A stretch of 64,000 nt of DNA from positions 145,102 through 209,101 of the forward strand of contig NW_003314285.1 in assembly GCF_000143415.4 (NCBI RefSeq), in the 5' to 3' direction. The stretch comes from Selaginella moellendorffii (lineage: Eukaryota; Plantae; Lycopodiophyta). Every line of letters begins with the position of its first letter. Within the stretch, counting starts at the first letter, position 1. This document shows positions 48,354-62,022 of the stretch, piece after piece. Both the position numbers and the translations under genes were made by a program. The notes under the pieces are model-generated. The model searched no databases and was not told the origin of the DNA. It saw nothing but the letters and a program-made list of their open reading frames with translations.

Positions 48354-50511
48354 CTACAGCTTGAGAAACACCAGCTCCTCCACCGCTGAAATGCTTCCAA
48401 TCTTCTGCAGCACCTCCTTGCTCGGCTCGTCGTCCACGCCGATCGCCATCACCGCCTTCTGGCGGGGCGAAGTTCTCCCCACGCTCATGAAGCTGATGTT
48501 CACGTTCTCGTCGCCCAGAAGCCCGCCAACCTTCCCGATCATCCCCGGCTGATCCACTTGCCGGCAGAGAATGACCGATCCCTCCAAGCTCACGTCGATG
48601 GAGAAGCTCCCAACCTGCGAGAGGTGCGGCACCCCGTCCTTGATCCTCCCGGCCAGGCTCACGTCCCCGGAGTCGGACATGGCGCTGGAGAACCTCGACT
48701 CCACGTTTGCGATCCTCACCTCGATGCTCTCCAGCGGCGCCGCCTCTGTGCCTTCGGCCGGGTGCCTCTCCTCACTGATCCGGAGGCCGCGCTGCTTGGC
48801 GACGTAGTCGGCATTTACGAGGTTGATGTGAGTGTCGGACACGGGCTCCACGAGGCCCTTGACGATCATGGCACGGAGCAAGCGAGTGTCCAAGTCGTCG
48901 GGAGCACGAGCGGAGTTGTAGCTGATTGTGATGTCCTTCACGCCACCACCACCGGCGACGAGCTGGACGGCGAGCTTGCCAAGCCTCTCGGCAAGGGTGA
49001 TGTATGGCGCGAGCTCGGTTAGCACCTGTTAGCACGATTGTAAGTGGGGATTCTGGAAAGATAAAAGTGTTTACCTCTGATGGAACCATTGGAGCATTCA
49101 CAGCAGTGGCAGCTAGCTCTCCCTGTAGAGCTCCCACAACAGCCTCGGCAATCTCTAGAGCCACGCCTTCCTGGTAATCAAGGACAGATAATTTTGCTGA
49201 AAGAGGAAAAGTGAAGTGCTTACTTGTGCTTCGGCAGTGCTTGCACCTAGATGCGGCGTGACAATCACATTCTCGTGCTGGACTAGCTTGTCATCTTTCT
49301 CAGGAGGCTCTTTAGTGAACACGTCCAGAGCAGCCTGAACAGTAAATAGCAGCGCATAAGGAAAGACTGGTGGACAAGCAATCAAACGCCAAATACCTGA
49401 GCTACAATGCCGCTGTTGAGCGCTCGAACCAGAGAATTCTCGTCAATAACGCCACCTCTAGCGACGTTGACGATGCGAACACCCTTCTTCACTTTCGCGA
49501 ACGTCTCATCGTTGAAGATCTTGTTGGTGGCGGGGGTAAGCGGCATATGGAGCGAGATAAAGTCGGCGCGCGCCAGAGCCTCGTCAAAGCTAACAAGCTC
49601 CACTCCGATGGCCCGAGCTCTGTCCGCCGGAGCATACGGATCGTGAGCAACGACGTGCATTCCCAGACCTTTAGCTCGTCGCGCGACTTCCGATCCAACT
49701 TTCCCAAAGCCCAGCACCGCGATGGTCTTGTCGACGAGCGAAACACCAGTGAACTTATTTCTCTGCCATTTCCCTGGCAGCACAGGACGAAAGATGTAAG
49801 AACAAAAAAATGGCGGAAAATCTTACTTAGATAAGAAAGAGGGAAAGCGAGATCGAGGGAAGATCTCTCTCACGTACCTGATTTCACCGACGCGTTGGCT
49901 TGGGCGACGTTCCTAGCGAGCGCAGCGAGGAGAGCGATCCCATGCTCGGCAGCGGCGACGGTGTTGGCAGTGGGAGCGTTGACGACCAAACAGCCCATCT
50001 CGGTGGCGGCTTGCAAGTCCACATTGTCGATGCCCACCCCAGCTCGCCCCACGACCTTGAGCCGCCCATTGGAAGCCTCGAACACCTCCCGCGTGATCTT
50101 GGTGCCGCTCCTCACAATTACGGCGTCGCACAGCGAGATCTTGGCGCACAGATCCTCGGGCGAGAGATTATAGGAGCAATCCACATTGGCGACCTTGCGG
50201 AGGAGCTCCAGGCCCGCCTCGCCGAGCTTCTCGGCCACGAGCACCGTCGGCTTGGACATCACCTCGATCGCCTGGGAGCGTACCGAAATATCCGAACCTT
50301 CCACCGCGATGGCGCATGGAGGCTTGGCGGCGACGCCGCGATGGAGAGATCCGCCAAGAATGTGGCGAGTCGCGACCAATCCCAGCTTCCTCGCGACGGC
50401 GCCGCTGCTGATCCTCGCCGCCCTGGCGCCGGCGAGCAGAGACCTCGGCGATTCCAGGATTGCAATGCCGCGGGCAGCGCGCGCGCTGGAGATCTGTGCT
50501 GGGGCTCCCAT
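48354..50511 (-). CDS. PGDH: D-3-phosphoglycerate dehydrogenase, plastidial, multi-exon
   Basis: [19 protein letters not shown] (NAD binding), VTPHLGAST and a C-terminal ACT domain ([10 protein letters not shown]); transit-peptide-like N-terminus. Confidence 0.96.
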
Positions 50512-50944
50512 CGCCGCTAGCGCCCTCGCCCGCCCACGCACTGGGATTTAGGGCTCGCGAGCAGCTCTCTCGACTGTTTCAAAGTTATAAAGCCATAAAC
50601 ACTGTACGATAACATATATAGAAAAACTTTCGCGGTTTAGTGGAGGACTAGTAGTTGCATTGCAGCTGCCTCGAATCAAGTCAAATAAAAGCTCCCTGGA
50701 AGAACCACACAAGGGGCCACAGAGAGAAACTTTAGCGCAGAAACTAAGAGATCTAGTCGAGCAAGGAAAGCCAAGAACAAACCAAGAGAAAAGAGACGAT
50801 CTTACGAAAGAATACCTTCAGCGGAGATGGAAAGACAAGAACGAACTAAGAGAAGAGAGATAGAGTCGAGTGAATCTTACGAAAGAAAAACTTTAGCGAA
50901 GAAACCACGAGATCTAGTCGCACAAGAAAAGGCAGGAACAAACC

Positions 50945-50981
<37 letters not shown>
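50945..50981. repeat. (GA)n microsatellite
   Basis: Direct observation. Confidence 0.85.
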
Positions 50982-50982
<1 letters not shown>

Positions 50983-51242
50983 TCTAGTCGCACAAGAAAA
51001 CAAACCAAGAGAAAAGAGATAGTGATCTTACGCATTTCTTGTTGTTGGATCGCTCGGAATAAAAATGTTGAAAAGATCCGTCCACAGCTTCGTCGCAAGC
51101 ACCGCACTCACGTCTCTCCTCCGAGCGCTAGTCGTACGCAGAAGAGTTTTAAACGGGTCCCAGACTTTGCAAAATATCTCTCTCCCACTCTGGAACGCGA
51201 CAGAGGTTAGTTTATGATGAAAGTTTCAGCGCCCACCTTTTG

Positions 51243-52387
51243 TCAGCACAGTTTCTCTGCGAGCCTCTGCACGGCGAGCGCGAGCTGATTGATCGCCGCC
51301 AGGAACGCAGCGTCGGCTTTCATCAGGAGCTCCAGCCTCTGCTTGTCCAGATGGATTCTCTGGTTCCTCCAGCGCTCCGAGTGCCACTGGTACGATCGAG
51401 AAGCCTCGAGTGTTTCCTTGGTTCTCTCCTCCACGAGCTCAAGTTCGTCTTCGTGCTTTGGCTGCTTTAGTGACTCTCGGCGCGATCGGCAAGCCTGGAG
51501 TGTCGGCCTGGGTCTCTCTCCTTTCTTCGCAAACTCTCCACTTTGGGCCTGCTCGATCGCTTGCTCGACCTGCGCCTTTAGAAACCCGTCGGCAACGTTG
51601 TCGTCCTCGAACCGGAGGCAGCCATCCGCGAATGCCACAACATTCTCGTCCATGGCCTCCTCGCTTCCAGCGTAGACGAGCTGCGGAAGACTGCAGTCCT
51701 CGACTTGTTCTGCTTCCTTTTCCTTTTCTTTGACAGCGTCTTCTTTCTCCAGCCTTGGTAGCAGCAGCAGCGGCTTCTCGTGGTAGAACTCATACGGCTC
51801 GATCACAGCTAGTGGCACTGGCTGACCACCCATGTCTTCTTCTCTCCACCTGGAACACCCTTCTTCGTTCCGAGGAAGCCGAGCGATCTTGTTCGCAAAT
51901 TGGTCGTAGAATCGTCGGTTGAAGGTCAGTGGGAGTGAATTCTCCTTCCGCTGGCATAGGCTCGTGTCGAAGTAGGAGACCCCGCTCGCGATTTCCCAGT
52001 CTCGGATGCTCCTGTATTTCTTCGAGATGTTCCTCCACTGGCGCAAAATCCCCTCCAAGCTGCGTTGCAGGCCATTCTCCCGGCACATCGCCAGAGCCCT
52101 GGCGCTGGAGGTTTTCTTCTTCATGACCGAGATGAGGATGAGAATCTCACGCGCCGTCCAGCGCGAGCTTCTCTTCCAAGGCGTTTGCCTCGCGCCTGCC
52201 ACAAGAATCGATCGATCAGGAAGAACCCCAGATTCAAGAATTTGCTGCCAAGGCGAGGACTTCTCGGCGATTGTGAGCAATGCAGGACGGGACCGAGCAT
52301 GGCGTGGAGAAATCCGTGGCCTTTGAGCAGCAAGAACTCACCAGGGATGCGCCGCTCGCCTTCTTGCTCCTCGGCCTCCATCGCCAT
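51243..52387 (-). CDS. Trihelix/Myb-SANT-like DNA-binding protein (2 exons)
   Basis: RWTAREILILI ... QWRNISKKYRSIRDWE ... SYF ... LPLTF, plus a C-terminal coiled coil. The short first exon MAMEAEEQ is followed by a GTGAGT donor. Confidence 0.75.
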
Positions 52388-52543
52388 AAACCCTAAACCT
52401 CAGAGCCTTTTCCCCTTCTTTTAAACTGGACGTTAGGGCTTGGTTTCCCTCCCAAACAACGGTTTCGTTTAGGGCATCCGGGCGCCAAGGGCTCGGATGA
52501 TCCTCGGGACAGGTGATTTGGAGCTCGATCGATAGCAGTAGCG

Positions 52544-55500
52544 ATGGATCCTGCTGGATCTCCCGATATTTTGGCTTCTCCCATCAATGCCGCCGCTGCC
52601 GAGAGCAATGTAGCAAGTTCTTCCTCTCCTGCCGCTGCTCCAGTCGCGGCCGAGGCCGAGCAAGCTCAATCGAGCCCTCCTCTTCCAAATCCAGCTCCAG
52701 GTATTGTCATCCAGGAGCCAGTACTGGCAGGGACTCACGATCACGAGGCTAGCACCTCTGGCGGGGGTGGAGATGATCAATCCGCTAGTCCATGGCTAGC
52801 GTCTCCAGCGTCCACCAGTGCTCTTCAGTCGCCTCCTCACTCTCCCGTGGAGAGAGCTTTGAACGAGCTGGCTTTCAGTAGATTCCGGAACAATATGCGT
52901 GTTGAGGCCAGGCGATCGTCCGCTCGCCGGTCGCTGCTCGGTAGATTGGGAGCTCTCCCAGGCGACGAGACGACGTTTTCTCAGCCAAAAGACCAACATC
53001 CTTGGCAGCTGCAAAATCCCATTCCATCGTTCCAGGGTCAGGTTTGCTTTTCTTTCTCCTTACTCGATGATAAGTTCTTGGTTTTTTTTTTCCTGCTGAT
53101 GATACCTTCTTGTTATTTAGTGACAACTTTCTGATAGACTCCTTTGATTTGCAGGATGGGATGGCTTATCCACCGTCATCTGCGGTTTCCTCCGAGTAAG
53201 AACAGTAGAAAAATATAAAGAAGTTTGTCACGGCTTGCTGATCACTATTGAGTTTTTCATTGTAGAGGGTCAGTTGGCGAGAGGCCGTCTGTCATCGCAC
53301 CACCTGGAGGACCGATTTCTGCCTACCAACGTTTCGCTCGGGCTGAATTTGCTGAGCACATCTATGGAGTTGGACGTCTGGTTTGGAAAAGAATTTCCGT
53401 TGACGAGCTTATTCGGCACTCAAGGGTAACTCTTCTTCTTCTTCTTCTTCTCTATTTCTGTTTCATTATAGTGAGAGCGTTGTTTTGTTTTCTATCCAGG
53501 TTACCCTCCGTGCTCCATTATTAAGTAGCTTGGCTGCAAGTCCTGAGAGCATTAAAGCTGCGACTGTGTTTGCACGTAATTTCAACCTGGTGCCTGTAAT
53601 CTTTCATTCCCGTTTCTTTGATTTTCTGATCCATCTGTTTGCAGTGCATGGCATTCTACAACCAGACTTTGGTTCTAATTTGTGTGCTTGGTTTCCTACA
53701 GATCTTCGGAACTATATGGAGGATCCTGCTGTTCCTGAGAACGTGCAGCCGAGTGAGATAAAATTTCTGGATACGCTTCGCTTGATGAAGGCATCGATCG
53801 CACAAAAGCTAGAGCCAGTTCGGCAAAAGCTGGAACCGGCCAAAGCTAAAGTGTCTGAACTTCTCAATAAGATTGACAAGGTGCTCCGGACAAAGTTCTT
53901 TATCCAGCGAACGAGGCTTTATCATCTTCAGCAAATTTTGCTTATAGGCATCAAGTACAAGGCTGTACGCGATGAGATTTATTGCCAGATTTGCAAACAG
54001 ACTACTCTCAACCCAGCCAGGTAATGTGCTCCGTCGTTGTCTTTCCTTAAACTGCATCCGTGTGATCGCTTTCAGAGTAAGTGATGCAAGGGGCTGGCAA
54101 GCAATGGCAGTTTGTGCTGGCACGTTTCCACCCTCTGAGAAGTTCAGACCTGTACTGGAGGAGCATCTTAAACAAGTACGTGTTGTATTATGAAAACTCT
54201 TGTTGAAACTGTACAAGCCTTAATGGAACAGATTGTGGATGGAATTGTGGGAGGGATGCCCGATCAAGAGAAGGCTAGATCGATGGCACTATACTGCTTA
54301 AATCGGCTTCGAAAAATTTGCCGGGTTGGAGCACGGCAAGTAGCTCCGTCTTCAGAAGAGATTCTAGCTTCTGAGGTGACAAAGGTTCCTTTCACGTTTC
54401 CTTGTTGACAAACGTTCCCATTTCTACAGCACATGCATGTAACTTCTATTAGCGTTGCCATTCCGGGGGGACTTGCTCAGGTAATATTCGGTGAACTAAT
54501 AAGTAGAGCTGGTTCATTTGGTTACTTAAAGTGCTGTAGGTTGTGTCCATGGATTCAATGACCACTGGAGGAGAAGTCACTGCCGAAATTGCAGCAAGAC
54601 TTGGTTTGCCAGATGTTGGCTTTTATGGTATCTTCATAGTAACAAATGGAGGTAGAGGCTTTTAAAGTTGTTACTTCGACAAATCGGTGATGGAAAGCTT
54701 TGCAGTTGAACGATTTGCTGGAACACATGGACTTCTGTCCGAGTCGTATACGGAATGGAACGTAGGCCCCTTCCCAGAACTGGAAGAAGAAGTGCAAGCA
54801 TTCAGACGGACACGGCACTTCCTCGTGGACCACTGTGCTCAGTGCCTATACAACATGGACCCGGACTCGGTGCTGGGCAGAGACTTGAAACATGGCATCT
54901 CAGCTATGGAACATTTGAAGGAGAAGGAAATGCAGGAGAAAGCAGCCAGAGAAGCGAAAGAAACGGATCCTGAGGAGGAGGAAATCAGGGATGCTGAGCT
55001 CAGGAGATTGTTTGCTGACGTGCATCTCCTATTCAAGAGGAACTGGTTTCCTGTTGAAGGCACTGCTTCGTCAGATTCAGTTCGGGCATTCGAGTACGCT
55101 CAAGTACGATGATGGTCCAGTAAACAAACTCAAAGTTCTTTCCTGTGCTGTTGTTTTCGCCTGACTTTCTCCTTACAGGCAACGTACGATGTGGTACACG
55201 GCCTATATGTCATCGAAGAAGCTGATGCGGTGATGCTAGCAGCACTACAACTGCGCGCTGAGCATGGCTCTTCTACTGATCTCGACAAGTATCTCACGTA
55301 AGATTCAAAGAAACATGTCTTTCTCTTTGAGTGTTTAAATTTTTTGTAACGCGCAGTGTACAGACTGTGGAGAACTATGGTCCCAAGGAGTACGTCACAG
55401 GCTATGAAAAGGCATGGCGGAGTGCCATTCTAAAGAAGGTCGCGACCTTGCCATGGGAAGTGGATGTCAACGTTTGCCGGAATGACTATTTGGCTTTTTT

Positions 55501-56012
55501 GCGCAGTCGATGTCCTCTCTATGGATCTTCCTGGTTCTACGTAGTGGTAACCACAAACGTCTTGTGGAATGTTAACGTTTTGCTTTCTTCCTTCGTTTTG
55601 CAGCCTAAAGCTTGTCCACAGTTCCCTAGGGAACTGTACTTTGTGTTGAATCTTTCTGGTGTTCACTTCGTGGATATCCCACTCAAGGTATGCTTACGCT
55701 TCTGTTTTTAGTTTTAAAGGCTTTTGTCTTGGTTTCAGGAAAAATTATTGCATTTGAGATACATTGAGCTCTGCAGCTGGGGTTACTCGGACTCTTCCTT
55801 TTCTTTAGTTACCGGAAACATGTAAGAGAAATCTGGGATATCTAAATATCTTTTTTTTTCCTTTTTATTTTGCAGGAGCTACAACATGGAGTTTCGTCTT
55901 GGAACAAGAAATGTAAGTCCCTCAAATCAACTGCTGATGACTTACACGCCCTTTGCAGGGAAAAGAAATCGCAAAAATCTTGCAGTACTTTGTGCAACAC
56001 ACAGAACTTTGA
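52544..56012 (+). CDS. MyTH4-FERM domain protein, multi-exon, no motor domain
   Basis: RDEIYCQICKQTT.NP, RGWQAMAVCAGTFPPS and YCLNRL..GARQVAPS.EEI (MyTH4). Followed by FERM-like segments (TTGGEVTAEI..LGL..GFYGIF, YAQ..YDVVHG.Y, LAALQL, PLYGSSWF, LSGVHF, CSWG). Stop at 56010-56012. Confidence 0.82.
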
Positions 56013-58952
56013 TCTCTGATTTTATTTTTGTTTTATATGTGTGAGTGCATAGAATACTGAAATGTATATATTTGATTATCCTAAATTTATATATAGGAGC
56101 TAGTGATTTGATTAAAACCAATCTAACAGTTATTAAAATCCTATTATATTAATAATAGTATAATTATTCCACATTTCGACCTCATATCATTCTTTCTTTT
56201 TAGAAGAATGGAAAGTAATTAAAGTTTTTTTTGTTAATGGGTGGAACATAAGATCAGTGGATCTAGTGCAACTTGTTTCTGGTCATTTTGTATAAAGTAA
56301 TTTCTAAAGGATCATTATTGTGAATCATAATTTCTAAAATATCATTGTTATGAATGTGATTTTGAGTATTGAATGATATTTATCAACAAATCCTTTCGAA
56401 CACTCTCTCTTTACTATCATGATAGTAAGAAATTGGCACAATTTAATTCCTTTATTAACCCTTTTTATGCTAGTAGAGTTAATTGGACATCTCAAATTTA
56501 GTTAAACTAGATGAGCATAGATGGAATTCTTAAATATTATTAGTTAAGCATATTTAACCTAATAAATAATTTTCATCCCGTTATATATTACACTAACTAG
56601 TGACAAAACCTTCACAATATTAAACCTAGTCTCTCAATATTGCTATGTGATAATTTACTATGTCCACTAGGCACTTTACTATCATGCCTTATATATTAAT
56701 CTTATTTTAGTTTATGTGGTATTTATAGTAAGTGTTTAGATATGCTAATGATGCATATCTATAAAATATAAAAAGTGTTATGAACACTGTAGTGTTGTTC
56801 TTATATCCCAATTCAACAGCAACATATATATCTACAAACACATTGATTATAAAGTATAAATAGATTCATAAGCTTAACAATTTAGTGTCATTCCATATTT
56901 AATAAATTTTTAAGCATGTCCCAAAGACTAACTCTTGGGACTAGAGTGAAAGCCCAAAGCATGCCCAAAGGGTTAAAATATTGGTATGTTAAAATTATGT
57001 TAGACATCATCTAATATTGTTTTATATATAGATGTTGGGTATAAAGAGATGGTAATTATAAAGCATTTAAGTGCATATCATTTCATAGTGGAGTTTACTT
57101 CCAAATTCAAGTGCACTATATTTAGGATCAAAGGAATTGTCTTAGTAATTCATATCTAACTTTTGTCAGAGTTTTTTACTTTAGTTGTATATGTAGAAAC
57201 TTTTCTAGTAAATTTGAAATGATATATTGTAAGATTAGTTGGATTGCACCATTCAGTAAAAATGTTGTATGTATGTTTGGTTATTGATAAAAGCATGTAT
57301 GCAGTTGATGAGATGACAAAATGAAATTATGCTAATGATGTTGAGACTTTTTAAACAAGTGAATCAAGAGGAAGAAACTTCTGTTGGAGATATTACAAAA
57401 AAAACTCAGATTGAGTCAAAAGAAGAAGAGTTTGAGCATGATGCCACATTGTAGTATACAATTCAAAATATTGAGTTTGATAATTTGCAAAAGAAAATTC
57501 ACAAATTAAAGAAGAAGAACAAAAAGAGGAAGAGAGAAGCAAAAGCAACTAAAGTAGCTACATGCAAAAAACCAAATTCCTCTTCAAATTCTGAAAATGA
57601 GTTTTAAAGTTTAAGCCCTTGAAACCACTCAATTTTATAAGCATATGTGACAATCAAGTTTTAGAAGACTTGGTCTACAATATGGAAAACCATTCCATAA
57701 TAGCAAACATAAATGATTGTAAGAGATTACTTACATGCAATCCTTTTTTATCGATCATACCAAAACTTAGTGGTATGCACTATAAAAGGGTAGGCTTTTT
57801 ATGTCGATCATCATTTAGATTCAATATATGCAAATAAAGCTTATGAGATTCATTAAAGAATTAGTGCTTGCATTAATTATGAGAAAAGTTTGAAGACAAT
57901 AACTCATCTCCTCTTCTTCCTCATATTCTAAATTAACTAATTCATCAACCCTTTCAGTTTCACCACCACTATCTTCCCTCATGACATTAATACAAGATTT
58001 CATCTTATGCATGTTAGGATATTCTAAATACCTATATCCTACTTCTTTATAATGGAAGTAATAATGCATATTACCTATTTTGTTAAGAGCAAGTTTTGCA
58101 GGTTATTGCTACTTGTACCCATTAGAAGGAATAGAGGGCCTAAAATAGTGGCAATCACCGTGAAATGATAAAACTAATAGTATATATAATCCCTAAGCTT
58201 CTTATGGAAGAAATCTAGTTGGATGCAAAAATTGGTAGCAAGAGTAAGAAGAGTTACACCATGTGTTGTGAATATCACAATTAACTATATTTAATTATTT
58301 AGTTGTAACCACATAGCATTGAGTAAATTCTAAATTGTTACTCAAAAGTCAAACAAAAAAGGAGTATATTACTTTGCCATGAAGATGAAAAAAAAAAGAA
58401 GAAAAACATAAAAGCATACATAGAAAAACTACAAAAATAAAAAAGATAATGCAAAAGCTAAATCTAAACCAAAAGCATAAATCCAAATGCTCCTTATAGA
58501 CAATTAAACTTACCCTTCAATTTCATATATAAAAATATGTATAGTCGATTAACTTAAAAACCCTAATTTATATACAAAAATAAATTTAAACCACTTTGAT
58601 GGCTATCAAAATCCCACTATGTTAATTATAGCATTGTAATAATACACTTGGACCTCATAAAAGAAAAATATATATTTATGACATCATAAACAAGCATTTT
58701 AATATGTATAGTAAAATCTACATGAAGTCATAAATATACTAACACAAAATCATAAGTGATGACCACTTGAACACTAACCATAGGTAATATGAATATTTTA
58801 CATCATACATAAATTTGGAATGTTTTTTTTATGAAATCACTATCTTAAGTTTCATAATTGAAAATATTATTGTATGCAAGAGATATGTGAGCCCTGCTTT
58901 TATTTCAATTATTTTAAATTTTATTTTATCTTGTTTGTCATTTCCTTTAAAT

Positions 58953-59399
58953 TTAACAAACAGTAAATAATATTAATGAAATATTTGTATATGAAATTGT
59001 CTCTAGAAGACCTTCCCTTGCATGCTCCACTCTTAATTCCATGGAGGCATCATCTAGTGAAATTACACCTCCCTGGTCATAATATGCAAGACATATATCC
59101 CATATATCAGTAGCTGCTTCTAAAAAGTCAGAATATGATAGTTCGTGATAATGTCTAATTCGAAAGAAGCAACCTAAAGTTCCAACTTGAGCAGTATATA
59201 TCCCTGGTGTAAATGAATTAGATTCAAAATTATTCCATACAGATGATAAACACCTGCAAAAATCATTAGGATTGGTTCCTATTTGAAATGATCGAATGCA
59301 ATTTTGTACAGAACCAGCTGAGTAGGAGTGGGTTTGTTTACAATAACTAAAAATGAGCATACCAATAAATAAAAAACTAAAAGATTGCAGAAAATCCAT
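58953..59399 (-). CDS. Small secreted Cys-rich protein, paralog 3
   Basis: Signal-like MDFLQSFSFLFIGMLIFSYC and conserved blocks shared with the other two paralogs. Confidence 0.8.
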   Translation of the reverse strand: MDFLQSFSFLFIGMLIFSYCKQTHSYSAGSVQNCIRSFQIGTNPNDFCRCLSSVWNNFESNSFTPGIYTAQVGTLGCFFRIRHYHELSYSDFLEAATDIWDICLAYYDQGGVISLDDASMELRVEHAREGLLETISYTNISLILFTVC

Positions 59400-60594
59400 T
59401 TTACTAATTGATAATTTTAAGTGAATGATTATAGGTTTATAAAATCCACCAATCAAACAAAGTTGTTGATAAAATTTTGTTTTTAACATAATAATAATTG
59501 CTATGGAGTTCAAAGAAATTAGTGTTTTTTATTTAGTGCTAGTATATCCTAGGATATTCTTCAAACTAATGGCTTTATACTGAACTTTGATAACTTTCTT
59601 TAGTAAATTTTTACCATATGTTATGATTGTAGGCAGAAATCATTATGTGAGGAAATGAAAAACTTAAGAAACTAAAAATTTGATTCAGACATTAACTTTT
59701 TCCTATACTTCCACACCATCACTTTCCATAGGCAAGGTGAGCTTAAGAGTCTCTTATCTTTTCTTCTTGGTTTTCCTATGCTACTAGAATACTCAAAAAA
59801 GCTTCAAGAGTAGCATGTGAAATTTCTGATTTGCATCTTGTTAAATAGCTTTAGAACAAGTTCTTAGGTTAACAGTGGGCTATACAGAGTTATATGGAGA
59901 ATTTCTTGAACCATCCTTAATCTTTTGCATTTTACATTGACCATAAAAATATAACTCTTATTAGCTGCTGCAATAAGAAGCAATATTGACCACTAAAATT
60001 TTGTTTTTTCTCTCTCATTTGCTTTGCCATTTTGATTTTTGATGTAACCTTTGATTAGCAAATTCAAAGGGAAATTGATTTATGTTATCTTATGAATTCT
60101 TTTGTCACAAGCTATATATTGTGTCTTAACCAAATGCTTTTCTAAAGATTTATGAAAGTATGATAGTTTACTTGTACATTTAATCATAAAGTGAAATTTG
60201 AATATGAGCCAATCTACTAACGCCATGTACCTCACCACTTAAGAGGCTCTTACCCTGGGCAGTGCAATAGTTCATGGGTCTTTAACACTCTATGGTGGAT
60301 GTCTTTGATGATCACCTTGTGTTTCATGGTTGATGCTTGTGGCCTTTAATGTTTATGTATCATGAAACAAACATAATTATGTTCATGTTAAAATGATAAT
60401 GGAAAATATGGATCTTGTACAGGTAACTTGGTAAGCAAAGTGTGGGATTTAGTTGAATCGGCCAGCTAAGGTAAGCTTCACGTTTGTATGTTCATATTAA
60501 AATGTGAAGACGTGCCATTATTTCGGCACGCAAGATAAAAAAGGTGCAGACAATGCCAGTCATGGATTGTTGTTTGGGTCGGAAGAAAGACGGT

Positions 60595-61977
60595 ATGGAG
60601 CTGCGCGTACTTCTTCTTGTCCTGGTAAGCTATGGCATCCACGCTCTCTCGGAACACCACCCAGGATATAGATTAGAGCTCAAGCAAGTAGACTCCTACG
60701 CTTCCGGCACGCTGACCAGAGCAAAGAGGCTCGAGAAGGCGCTCAAGACGAGTAAATCCCGAGCAAACTTCTTCTCGGATCGAAGGAAAACATCGAATAG
60801 TCCTACCAAATCAAACAACACTCGCGACCGCCACTCGCCGGAGCTGTCGAGCTCCATCTATCAGGCTGGCGGGGGAGAAGGCGAGTATATGATGGAGCTG
60901 AGCATTGGAACTCCTCCACAGCTGATCCCGGCCATGATCGACACAGGGAGTGATCTCGTTTGGCTCAAGTGTGATAATTGCGATCACTGCGACTTGGATC
61001 ATCACGGCGAGACCATTTTTTTCTCCGATGCTTCCAGTTCATACAAGAAGCTCCCGTGCAATAGCACGCACTGCAGTGGCATGTCCTCGGCTGGGATTGG
61101 TCCTCGCTGCGAGGAAACTTGCAAATACAAGTATGAGTACGGTGACGGTTCCAGGACTTCCGGAGATGTTGGCTCCGACAGGATCAGCTTCCGAAGCCAT
61201 GGAGCCGGAGAGGATCACAGGAGTTTCTTTGATGGTTTCTTGTTTGGCTGTGCACGGAAGCTAAAAGGTGACTGGAACTTCACCCAGGGATTGATTGGTT
61301 TGGGACAAAAATCGCACTCGTTGATCCAGCAGCTCGGGGATAAACTTGGCTACAAATTCTCGTATTGTCTCGTGAGCTATGACAGCCCTCCAAGTGCAAA
61401 GAGCTTTCTCTTTCTGGGATCTTCCGCGGCTTTGAGAGGCCATGATGTTGTTTCCACCCCGATTCTTCACGGTGATCACCTGGATCAAACCCTCTACTAC
61501 GTAGATCTCCAAAGTATCACGATCGGTGGCGTTCCAGTGGTGGTCTATGATAAAGAATCAGGTCACAACACTAGCGTTGGACCTTTTCTAGCGAACAAGA
61601 CTGTTATTGACTCCGGAACCACGTACACCTTGCTAACTCCCCCGGTTTACGAAGCCATGAGGAAATCAATCGAGGAACAAGTGATACTTCCCACACTCGG
61701 CAATTCGGCGGGCCTTGATCTTTGCTTCAACAGTTCTGGGGACACGAGCTATGGCTTCCCAAGCGTCACCTTTTACTTCGCAAACCAGGTCCAGCTCGTT
61801 CTTCCATTCGAGAACATCTTCCAGGTGACGAGCAGAGATGTTGTGTGCTTGAGCATGGATTCTTCCGGTGGTGATCTTTCCATCATTGGAAACATGCAAC
61901 AGCAAAACTTCCACATTCTCTATGATCTCGTTGCCTCTCAGATCTCCTTCCAGAGAGTTGAGTGTGAAAACCTCTAA
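60595..61977 (+). CDS. Secreted A1 aspartic protease (nepenthesin/CDR1-like)
   Basis: Catalytic IDTGSDLVW and IDSGTT motifs, GEYMMELSIGTPPQ, IIGNMQQQNFHILYD and a signal peptide; intronless. Confidence 0.95.
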   Translation: MELRVLLLVLVSYGIHALSEHHPGYRLELKQVDSYASGTLTRAKRLEKALKTSKSRANFFSDRRKTSNSPTKSNNTRDRHSPELSSSIYQAGGGEGEYMMELSIGTPPQLIPAMIDTGSDLVWLKCDNCDHCDLDHHGETIFFSDASSSYKKLPCNSTHCSGMSSAGIGPRCEETCKYKYEYGDGSRTSGDVGSDRISFRSHGAGEDHRSFFDGFLFGCARKLKGDWNFTQGLIGLGQKSHSLIQQLGDKLGYKFSYCLVSYDSPPSAKSFLFLGSSAALRGHDVVSTPILHGDHLDQTLYYVDLQSITIGGVPVVVYDKESGHNTSVGPFLANKTVIDSGTTYTLLTPPVYEAMRKSIEEQVILPTLGNSAGLDLCFNSSGDTSYGFPSVTFYFANQVQLVLPFENIFQVTSRDVVCLSMDSSGGDLSIIGNMQQQNFHILYDLVASQISFQRVECENL

Positions 61978-62022
61978 CAAGTATGATCAACTAAAGATAT
62001 TTTTGATTCAAAAGTGTAGGCA

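Noticed and set aside
56900-58300. AT-rich region with short ORFs and possible retroelement remnants
   Set aside because: Too degraded to assign a family or boundaries.
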